Virus record (IMG/VR): IMGVR_UViG_2663762945_000009
Direction: 5' to 3' (one strand)
From: a virus
Taxonomy: Duplodnaviria; Heunggongvirae; Uroviricota; Caudoviricetes
DNA length: 5,682 bases
A program made the position numbers and the translations under genes. Shown here piece after piece: positions 1 through 5,682 of the stretch. The notes under the pieces are model-generated. The model saw only the letters and a program-made list of their open reading frames with translations. It did not search any database and had not been told where the DNA came from. The number at the start of each line of letters is the position of its first letter. The first letter of the stretch is position 1.

Positions 1-60
1 GCTAAAAGAACCGGAAAAAACAAGGTGATAATTCATTCAAAATAAACACCTTTTTAAAAT

Positions 61-107
61 ACAGCCCCAATAAACTGCAGAATATTATCCCATATAATAT
101 CCTGCAG
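61..107 (-). terminator. Putative rho-independent terminator downstream of the tfa remnant
   Basis: At 75-107, ctgcagaatattatcccatataatatcctgcag gives a ~14-bp stem (one G-U position) with a 5-nt loop. On the - strand it is followed by TTTATT. Stem is AT-rich, so strength is uncertain. Confidence 0.35.
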
Positions 108-118
108 TTCGTAATGCA

Positions 119-214
119 CTATTCGATAATGGGTACTGTTGGCCATTCAATATCCGGTGCAGTTGTTGTATTAACACGGTTCAGCAACACCCGATACTTC
201 TTCCAGGCTTCCAG
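119..214 (-). pseudogene. tfa: Tail fibre assembly protein, C-terminal 31-codon remnant (lambda Tfa-like)
   Basis: The - strand frame encodes [31 protein letters not shown] then a stop at 119-121. This matches the C-terminal motif of lambda Tfa as I recall it, and the same EAW..Y..L..RVDT..P.WP motif closes the intact Tfa at 1515-2042; the convergent copy at 2071-2604 ends differently (KLTEWMLYAQKVESTDTSGLPVTFPEQPE). No N-terminal part is present. Confidence 0.6.
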
Positions 215-444
215 CACCAGCACGACAAGATGCCGCATACAGTGACCCAGTCAGTCCAGTTTCCAGACAACCAGTGCGTCACCTTTTTGAAGGCGCTTTA
301 AAGCACGTTTAATCCAGGTCGGCCTGTCCTTATTCCGCTTAATTTATCTTCAAATATTTGTTCACATCCTGCACAAACAAGAGCGTTTCGTTGCAGGTCT
401 GTATTCTGGTCATTTGTTGATACCCTTACATAGCCAATCAGCAC
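215..444 (-). pseudogene. pin: Serine DNA invertase (Pin/Gin/Hin/Cin family), N-terminal fragment with frameshift and in-frame TGA
   Basis: From GTG at 442-444 the - strand encodes MLIGYVRVSTNDQNTDLQRNALVCAGCEQIFEDKLSGIRTGRPGL (catalytic-serine motif YVRVSTNDQ). A -1 shift near 308-312 then gives KRALKRLQKGDALVVWKLD, an in-frame TGA sits at 251-253, and [12 protein letters not shown] follows. A GGGAGA Shine-Dalgarno lies 6 nt upstream of the GTG. The C-terminal helix-turn-helix domain is absent. Confidence 0.7.
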
Positions 445-498
445 GCTGAATCTCCCGTCCAAAAGCACAAATCATGCCATGCAGGCCAGAAACCGCCA

Positions 499-524
499 TT
501 ATCTAAAACCTCGGTTTACAGGAA
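499..524. other. gix/pix/hix-type inversion crossover site (26 bp, imperfect dyad)
   Basis: TTATCTAAAACCTCGGTTTACAGGAA has the same half-site layout as Gin/Hin sites (TTATC..AAACC / GGTTT..GGAA). It sits between the invertase start and the 5' end of the tail-fibre variable ORF, as gixR does in Mu. Confidence 0.6.
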
Positions 525-548
525 ACGGTAAACAGGGCCAGGAACGCC

Positions 549-1511
549 GTGCAAAAGAATGGCGATACCTTGTCCGGTGGGCTTACTTTTGAAAACGACT
601 CAATCCTTGCCTGGATTAGAAATACTGACTGGGCAAAGATTGGTTTTAAAAATAATGCCGACAGCGACACTGATTCATACATGTGGTTTGAAACAGGCGA
701 CAACGGCAATGAATATTTCAAATGGAGAAGCCGCCAGAGCACCACAACAAAAGACCTGATGACTCTTAAATGGGATGCTTTGTCTGTCCTTGTTAAAGCC
801 CTTTTCAGCAGTGAAGTAAAAATATCGACAGTCAATGCACTGAGGATATTTAATTCATCTTTTGGTGCTATTTTTCGTCGTTCTGAAGAATGCCTGCATA
901 TCATCCCTACACGAGAGAATGAGGGAGAAAATGGTGATATAGGGCCACTACGCCCCTTTACGCTTAATCTCAGAACTGGTCGGATAAGCATGGGGCATGG
1001 TCTTGATGTTACAGGGGATATATTTGCAAACCGTTTTGCAATTAACAGTAGTACCGGCATGTGGATTCATATGCGTGACCAGAATGTTATTTTGGGACGC
1101 AATGCGGTATCCACCGATGGTGCGCAGGCATTACTTCGTCAGGACCACGCTGATCGCAAATTTATGATTGGTGGACTGGGGAATAAGCAATTTGGCATCT
1201 ACATGATTAATAACTCAAGGACAGCCAATGGCACCGATGGTCAGGCGTACATGGACAACAATGGCAACTGGCTTTGCGGTGCGCAAGTTATTCCCGGCAA
1301 TTATGGTAATTTTGACTCACGTTATGTGAGAGATGTCCGACTTGGTACACGTGTTGTTCAGACTATGCAAAAAGGCGTGATGTATGAGAAATCAGGTCAT
1401 GCAATTACGGGGCTTGGCATTATCGGTGCAGTTGATGGCGATGATCCGGCAGTATTCAGACCAATACAAAAATACATCAATGGCACATGGTATAACGTCG
1501 TACAGGTGTAA
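549..1511 (+). CDS. stf: Side tail fibre protein, variable C-terminal (receptor-binding) portion
   Basis: 320-aa ORF with phage tail-fibre motifs (WFETGDNGNEYF; C-terminal RPIQKYINGTWYNV). The frame is open from 507, directly after the gix site. An AGGA lies 5 nt before GTG 549. Stop codon is 3 nt before the tfa start. No constant N-terminal fibre shaft is present upstream. Confidence 0.75.
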   Translation: MQKNGDTLSGGLTFENDSILAWIRNTDWAKIGFKNNADSDTDSYMWFETGDNGNEYFKWRSRQSTTTKDLMTLKWDALSVLVKALFSSEVKISTVNALRIFNSSFGAIFRRSEECLHIIPTRENEGENGDIGPLRPFTLNLRTGRISMGHGLDVTGDIFANRFAINSSTGMWIHMRDQNVILGRNAVSTDGAQALLRQDHADRKFMIGGLGNKQFGIYMINNSRTANGTDGQAYMDNNGNWLCGAQVIPGNYGNFDSRYVRDVRLGTRVVQTMQKGVMYEKSGHAITGLGIIGAVDGDDPAVFRPIQKYINGTWYNVVQV

Positions 1512-1514
1512 TTT

Positions 1515-2042
1515 ATGCAGCATTTAAAAAATATTAAGTCTGGAAATCCAAAAACAAAAGAACAATATCAGCTAACAAAGAATTTTGATGTTATCTGGTT
1601 ATGGTCCGAAGACGGAAAAAACTGGTATGAGGAAGTGAAAAACTTTCAGCCAGACACAATAAAGATTGTTTACGATGCAAATAATATTATTGTCGCCATC
1701 ACCAAAGATGCCTCCACGCTTAACCCTGAAGGTTATAGCGTCGTTGAGGTTCCAGATATTACAGCCAACCGCCGCGCTGATGATTCCGGTAAGTGGATGT
1801 TTAGGGACGGAGCTGTGGTTAAACGGATTTATACGGCAGACGAGCAACAACAACAGGCCGAATCACAAAAGGCCGCATTGCTTTCCGAAGCTGAATCAGT
1901 CATCCAACCGCTGGAACGCGCTGTCAGGCTGAATATGGCAACAGACGAGGAACGCACACGACTGGAAGCATGGGAACGCTACAGTGTTCTGGTCAGCCGT
2001 GTGGATACGGCAAATCCTGAATGGCCACAAAAACCAGAGTAA
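1515..2042 (+). CDS. tfa: Tail fibre assembly protein (Tfa; Mu U / e14 TfaE-like chaperone)
   Basis: 175-aa ORF starting [22 protein letters not shown] and ending [31 protein letters not shown] Shine-Dalgarno 6 nt upstream. Tightly coupled to the preceding stf. Confidence 0.85.
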   Translation: MQHLKNIKSGNPKTKEQYQLTKNFDVIWLWSEDGKNWYEEVKNFQPDTIKIVYDANNIIVAITKDASTLNPEGYSVVEVPDITANRRADDSGKWMFRDGAVVKRIYTADEQQQQAESQKAALLSEAESVIQPLERAVRLNMATDEERTRLEAWERYSVLVSRVDTANPEWPQKPE

Positions 2043-2070
2043 AAATTAAGGCCCGATAGCGGGCCTTCTC
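2043..2070. terminator. Bidirectional hairpin terminator between the convergent tfa genes
   Basis: Stem aaggcccg / cgggcctt with loop atag at 2048-2067. On the - strand it is followed by AATTTTTA; the + strand tail is weaker. Confidence 0.45.
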
Positions 2071-2604
2071 TCATTCTGGTTGTTCGGGAAACGTTACTGG
2101 CAGGCCGGAAGTGTCTGTAGATTCGACTTTCTGCGCATAGAGCATCCACTCGGTTAATTTTTGTTTATTCTCGTCGGAAATGATGCCCAGCCGTAGCTGT
2201 GAGTCCCATAGCTGGGTTTTATCCCTGACAAGTTGCAACAGGCTTTGCTTTTCATTTTCCGCTTGTTGCCTCTGCTCTTCCTCGGTATAAGTTCGCTTTA
2301 TCACTACGCCATCTTTGAACATCCATTTCCCCGAAATATCAGCCCGGCGATTTGCTGTAATATCAGGTAATTCAACGACGCTTGCACCCTCTGGATTAAT
2401 TGCTGAAACATCCTTTTCAATACAAATAATAACGCCGTTATGGTCATAGACCATTTTCAAAGTGTCTGGCTGGAAATTCTTTTGTTCCTCATACCAGTTT
2501 TTTCCATCATCTGAATAAAGCCATTTGATGTTAAATTGCTTTGTTAGCTGGTATTGCTCTTTTGTTTTAGGGTTGCCAGCAGTAATGTTTTTTAAGTGCA
2601 TCAT
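2071..2604 (-). CDS. tfa: Tail fibre assembly protein (second, inverted copy; Mu U'-like)
   Basis: 177-aa [25 protein letters not shown], a paralogue of the + strand Tfa with a diverged C-terminal half. GGGGAG Shine-Dalgarno inside the 3' end of the upstream stf fragment. Confidence 0.85.
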   Translation of the reverse strand: MMHLKNITAGNPKTKEQYQLTKQFNIKWLYSDDGKNWYEEQKNFQPDTLKMVYDHNGVIICIEKDVSAINPEGASVVELPDITANRRADISGKWMFKDGVVIKRTYTEEEQRQQAENEKQSLLQLVRDKTQLWDSQLRLGIISDENKQKLTEWMLYAQKVESTDTSGLPVTFPEQPE

Positions 2605-2606
2605 CG

Positions 2607-2840
2607 TTAAATACTCCCCGCGTTATACCACGTCCCATTAATGCAATACTGAATTGGCCTTGCCTGAGTTGTATCAATTAATTCATCACGGTTTCCGTTA
2701 ACTGAACCCGTAACGACATAACCTGACCTGTCAGACCAGCCGGGGCCTTTCCATGTCTGAACAGATGACAGACCGCCAAGGCGAATACCTGTAATAAACC
2801 TTGAGTTACATTCTGCCTGCGTATATGCACCAACATCTCG
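2607..2840 (-). pseudogene. stf: Side tail fibre protein, second variable tip, truncated to its C-terminal ~75 codons
   Basis: The - strand encodes ...GAYTQAECNSRFITGIRLGGLSSVQTWKGPGWSDRSGYVVTGSVNGNRDELIDTTQARPIQYCINGTWYNAGSI, alignable to the last ~75 aa of the 549-1511 ORF (shared RLG...RPIQ.Y/CINGTWYN). The 5' portion and its expected gix site are replaced by lambda-like sequence. Confidence 0.6.
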
Positions 2841-2888
2841 CCTTTGAAAAAATCCAGATATCCGCCGGAATGGTGCAGAAATGTCGGT

Positions 2889-3164
2889 ATACGGATAACG
2901 GCTACTCCGTGTTTGAGCAGTCACTGCTGCGGTATATCGCTGCCGGGCTGGGTGTCTCGTATGAGCAGCTTTCCCGGAATTACGCCCAGATGAGCTACTC
3001 CACGGCACGGGCCAGTGCGAACGAGTCGTGGGCGTACTTTATGGGGCGGCGAAAATTCGTCGCATCCCGTCAGGCGAGCCAGATGTTTCTGTGCTGGCTG
3101 GAAGAGGCCATCGTTCGCCGCGTGGTGACGTTACCTTCAAAAGCGCGCTTCAGTTTTCAGGAAG
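2889..3164 (+). pseudogene. B: Portal protein B, internal fragment (lambda gpB-like)
   Basis: Encodes TDNGYSVFEQSLLRYIAAGLGVSYEQLSRNYAQMSYSTARASANESWAYFMGRRKFVASRQASQMFLCWLEEAIVRRVVTLPSKARFSFQE, which I recognise as an internal stretch of lambda B. It ends abruptly at 3164. Confidence 0.8.
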
Positions 3165-3688
3165 GCGGCACTGGCAAGCAGCTGACCTGCACTGCAGTTC
3201 ATGTCGTTGGCCAGCGCCCATACCGGTTTTATGTCACGCACACGGGCGATGATGTCAGCGCAGTCAAATGCCCCCGCCACCATCCCGCCGGGCGTGTCCA
3301 TATCGAGCAGAATGCCGTCCACCATCGGATCGCTGGCAGCCTGTTGCAGACGGGCGATAATGCCGTTGTAACCGGTCATCCCCGAGTACGGCTGCAGCGC
3401 CCGCGTCCGGCTGACCAGCGTGCCGGACACCGGCAGCACGGCGATGCCGTTCATGACCTGATAACTGCGGGCCTGTCGTGGTCCGTCATCATCACCGGAT
3501 AATGCCAGCGTCGCGGGTGCCTCCTGGGCAGTCAGGCTGTCGCCGGACACCGCATCCGTCAGGCGGCTGATCCCAAGCTGGCCTGCAAGCGCACAAAAGA
3601 AAACCCGCGCATAGGCGGGTTCAAGCATCAGCGGCTCATTAAAAGCCATGCTGGCAATATGCGGGAGATTACGCAGCTCTGCTGTCAC
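3165..3688 (-). pseudogene. C: Head protease/scaffold protein C (S49 ClpP-like), N-terminal ~173 codons
   Basis: From GTG at 3686-3688 the - strand encodes VTAELRNLPHIASMAFNEPLMLEPAYARVFF...MNCSAGQLLASAA, the lambda gpC N-terminus as I recall it. It overlaps the B stop by ~20 nt as in lambda. Reading continues into unrelated sequence after 3165. Confidence 0.8.
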
Positions 3689-3958
3689 TCTTCTCCTCCT
3701 CTGTTGATTGTCGCAGCCCGGATTCAAATGCTGCAGCCGCCCAGGCGGGCGGTTTAAGACCGGCTGCGCGGCGCTCCATCGTTTCACGGACCTGCTGGGC
3801 AAAAATTTCCTGATAGTCGTCACCGCGTTTCGCGCACTCTTTCTCGTAGGTGCTCAGTCCGGCTTCTATCAGCATCACCGCTTCCTGAACTTCTTTCAGA
3901 CCATCGATGGCCATACGACCGGAGCCTATCCAGTCGCAGTTCCCCCAGGCACTGCGGG
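3669..3958 (-). pseudogene. B: Portal protein B, C-terminal ~95 codons
   Basis: The - strand encodes ARSAWGNCDWIGSGRMAIDGLKEVQEAVMLIEAGLSTYEKECAKRGDDYQEIFAQQVRETMERRAAGLKPPAWAAAAFESGLRQSTEEEKSDSRAA then a stop. This is the direct continuation of the + strand B fragment that ends at 3164, but on the opposite strand. Confidence 0.8.
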
Positions 3959-4154
3959 CTCCCGGCGTCTGGTCACGCAGACCGCCCGGACAGGCTCCAT
4001 CGGCGTCATGATGGCTCACAGTAATTACGGTGCTGCGCTGGAGAAACAGGGTGTGGAAATCACTCTGATTTACAGCGGCAGCCATAAGGTGGATGGCAAC
4101 CCCTACAGCCATCTTCCGGATGACGTCCGGGAGACACTGCAGTCCCGGATGGAC
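3959..4154 (+). pseudogene. C: Protein C, internal fragment continuing from the - strand C fragment
   Basis: Encodes SRRLVTQTARTGSIGVMMAHSNYGAALEKQGVEITLIYSGSHKVDGNPYSHLPDDVRETLQSRMDAT, the residues that follow ...QLLASAA in lambda C. Strand is opposite to the C N-terminal fragment. Confidence 0.75.
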
Positions 4155-4470
4155 GCAACCAGATAAGGGTGTTGCGCTGCTTATGCTCTATGAAGTAGGC
4201 ATAAACACCCAGCAGCATTTTGGAATAACCGACACGGGCAGACTTCACCACATTCACCTCACGGATGTAGTCGCTGCCCATCGCATTCATGATGGCCCGC
4301 TGAAAGGGCAGTGTTTCCCAGCGCCCTTCCTGGTATGCGGATTCTTTCGGGAGATAGTAATTGGCATCCGCCCATTCAACGGCGGTCTGTGGCTCCGGCC
4401 TGAACAGTGAGCGAAGCCCGGCGCGGACAAAATGCCGCAGCCTGTTAACCTGACTGTTCGATATATTCAC
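4155..4470 (-). pseudogene. A: Terminase large subunit A, N-terminal ~105 codons only
   Basis: From GTG at 4468-4470 the - strand encodes MNISNSQVNRLRHFVRAGLRSLFRPEPQTAVEWADANYYLPKESAYQEGRWETLPFQRAIMNAMGSDYIREVNVVKSARVGYSKMLLGVYAYFIEHKQRNTLIWL. It overlaps the Nu1 stop as in lambda. Homology ends at ~4155; this N-terminal piece is the Nu1-interacting region, and the ATPase and nuclease domains are missing. Confidence 0.85.
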
Positions 4471-4990
4471 TCAGCAACCCCGGTATCAGTTCATCCAGCG
4501 CGGCTGCTTTGTTCATGGCTTTGATGATATCCCGTTTCAGGAAATCAACATGTCGGTTTTCCAGTTCCGGAAAACGCCGCTGCACCGACAGGGGGATCCC
4601 GTCGAGAATACTGGCAATTTCACCTGCGATCCGCGACAGCACGAAAGTACAGAATGCGGTTTCCACCACTTCAGCTGAGTCTCTGGCATTCTTCAGTTCC
4701 TGTGCGTCGGCCTGCGCACGCGTAAGTCGATGGCGTTCGTACTCAATAGTCCCTGGCTGGAGATCTGCCTCGCTGGCCTGGCGCAGTTCTTCAACCTCCC
4801 GGCGCAGCTTTTCGTTCTCAATTTCAGCATCCCTTTCGGCATACCATTTTATAACGGCGGCAGAGTCATAAAGCACCTCATTACCCTTGCCACCGCCTCG
4901 CAGAACGGGCATTCCCTGTTCCTGCCAGTTCTGAATGGTACGGATACTCGCACCGAAAATGTCAGCCAGCTGCTTTTTGTTGACTTCCAT
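4445..4990 (-). CDS. Nu1: Terminase small subunit Nu1, full length
   Basis: 181-aa ORF MEVNKKQLADIFGASIRTIQNWQEQGMPVLRGGGKGNEVLYD...SEYIEQSG with intact start and stop. It matches lambda Nu1 as I recall it. It lies immediately downstream (on the - strand) of cosB. Confidence 0.9.
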   Translation of the reverse strand: MEVNKKQLADIFGASIRTIQNWQEQGMPVLRGGGKGNEVLYDSAAVIKWYAERDAEIENEKLRREVEELRQASEADLQPGTIEYERHRLTRAQADAQELKNARDSAEVVETAFCTFVLSRIAGEIASILDGIPLSVQRRFPELENRHVDFLKRDIIKAMNKAAALDELIPGLLSEYIEQSG

Positions 4991-5167
4991 TGTTCATTCC
5001 ACGGCCAAAAACAGAGAAAGGAAACGACAAAGGCCCAAAAGTTCGTTTTCAGCACCTGTCGTTTCCTTTCTTTTCAGGGGGTATTTTAAATAAAAACATT
5101 AAGTTACGACGAAGAAGAACGGAAACGCCTTAAACCGGAAAATTTTCATAAATAGCGAAAACCCGCG
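4991..5167 (-). promoter_or_regulatory. cosB-like terminase-binding region (R-site repeats)
   Basis: Three R-element-like repeats of the cgtttcc(t/g)ttc(t) type at ~5012-5033, ~5054-5071 and ~5110-5126, between cosN and the Nu1 start. This is the layout of lambda cosB. Confidence 0.6.
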
Positions 5168-5179
5168 AGGTCGCCGCCC
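5168..5179. other. cosN cohesive-end sequence (12 nt)
   Basis: aggtcgccgccc is the reverse complement of the lambda 12-nt cohesive end GGGCGGCGACCT. Sequence beyond 5180 resembles the lambda right end (cosQ side), so the two genome ends are joined here as in a prophage or concatemer. Confidence 0.7.
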
Positions 5180-5378
5180 CGTAACCTGTCGGATCGCCGG
5201 AAAGGACCCGAAAAATGATAATGATTATCATCTGCATGTCACAACGTGCATCTACGCCATCAAACCACGTCAAATAATCAATTATGACGCAGGTATCGTA
5301 TTAATTGATCTGCATCAACTTAACGTAAAAACAACTTCAGACAATACAAATCAGCGACACTGAATACGGGACAACCTC

Positions 5379-5612
5379 ATGTCAACGAAGAACAGAACCC
5401 GCAGAACAACAACCCGCAACATCCGCTTTCCTAACCAAATGATTGAACAAATTAACATCGCTCTTGATCAAAAAGGGTCCGGGAATTTCTCAGCCTGGGT
5501 CATTGAAGCCTGCCGCCGGAGACTGTGCTCAGAAAAAAGAGTTTCTCCTGAAGCAAACAAAGAAAAGAGTGACATTACTGAATTGCTCAGAAAACAGATC
5601 AGACCAGATTGA
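5379..5612 (+). CDS. Hypothetical small basic protein (77 aa), possible ribbon-helix-helix DNA-binding fold
   Basis: ORF MSTKNRTRRTTTRNIRFPNQMIEQINIALDQKGSGNFSAWVIEACRRRL... has a basic N-terminus, then a short beta-like segment (NIRFP) and two helix-like segments. Only a weak GGGA Shine-Dalgarno ~7 nt upstream. It lies in sequence resembling the lambda right-end region; whether it is expressed is unknown. Confidence 0.35.
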   Translation: MSTKNRTRRTTTRNIRFPNQMIEQINIALDQKGSGNFSAWVIEACRRRLCSEKRVSPEANKEKSDITELLRKQIRPD

Positions 5613-5682
5613 AGCAATTTAGATAATCGTGCAGACTACGCTCCCTCATATCACATGGAAGGTACTACAATGGCTCAGGTTG

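Larger units (their letters stand above)
1..5682. mobile_element. Cryptic, rearranged lambdoid prophage segment (tail-fibre inversion cassette plus cos-proximal packaging genes)
   Basis: Every recognisable ORF is phage-derived (Stf, Tfa, Pin, Nu1, A, B, C). Most are fragments joined at abrupt breakpoints, and a cos site lies internal to the window. Confidence 0.7.

Noticed and set aside
559-759. 66-aa ORF on the + strand in an alternative frame
   Set aside because: Nested out of frame inside the tail-fibre ORF, which carries the recognisable fibre motifs.
503-1060. 185-aa ORF on the - strand
   Set aside because: Lies entirely antisense to the tail-fibre ORF and to the gix/promoter region, with no recognisable protein features. 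Treated as a chance antisense ORF.
1599-1932. 84-aa (- strand) and 88-aa (+ strand) ORFs overlapping tfa
   Set aside because: Both overlap the well-supported Tfa frame and have no motifs of their own.
3028-3252. 74-aa + strand ORF
   Set aside because: Out-of-frame overlap with the B and C fragments; no support.
2801-3502. 233-aa + strand ORF as a single gene
   Set aside because: Chimeric reading frame: the first ~30 codons are antisense to the fibre-tip fragment, the middle is the portal B fragment, and after 3164 it reads antisense through the inverted C fragment. Only 2889-3164 is real coding sequence.
3137-4166. 228-aa (- strand) and 152-aa (+ strand) ORFs as intact genes
   Set aside because: Each is a genuine C-gene fragment extended by read-through into unrelated or antisense sequence. 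Neither encodes a complete protease/scaffold protein.
4093-4410. 105-aa + strand ORF
   Set aside because: Antisense to the terminase A N-terminal fragment.
4509-5089. Three ORFs (120 aa and 119 aa on +, 68 aa on -) overlapping Nu1 and cosB
   Set aside because: Antisense or out of frame relative to the strongly supported Nu1 ORF, or sitting across the cosB repeats. Serine/arginine-rich low-complexity translations typical of antisense reading of GC-rich coding DNA.
5655-5682. Possible ORF start (atggaaggtactacaatggctcaggttg) running off the window end
   Set aside because: Too short to evaluate and no convincing Shine-Dalgarno; cannot be supported from this window alone.
1-5682. CRISPR arrays, tRNA/rRNA genes, IS elements or integrase/att sites
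   Set aside because: No regularly spaced direct repeats, no cloverleaf-compatible segments, no transposase-like ORFs or terminal inverted repeats, and no integrase. The breakpoints appear to be microhomology joints, not IS-mediated.

Overview
This window reads as a decayed, heavily rearranged lambdoid prophage segment, not an intact system. Two modules are visible. (1) Positions ~119-2840 hold a Mu-G/P1-C/e14-P-type invertible tail-fibre cassette: a 26-bp gix-like crossover site, one tail-fibre tip ORF with its assembly chaperone on the + strand, and a convergent chaperone plus truncated tip on the - strand. The adjacent Pin-family invertase gene is a pseudogene fused in frame to the 3' end of a lambda-like tfa. 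(2) Positions ~2862-5400 are lambda-type packaging DNA: an intact Nu1 small terminase next to a full cos region, but the large terminase A is cut after ~105 codons and joined to portal (B) and protease/scaffold (C) fragments in a nested-inversion arrangement; gene W is absent. All gene calls rest on recognising the ORF-track translations from memory of lambda, Mu and e14 proteins; no alignment was run and identity levels were not computed. I see no tRNA, rRNA, CRISPR array or IS element. The most notable points are the precise breakpoint architecture and the cos+Nu1 module left without a cognate large terminase.
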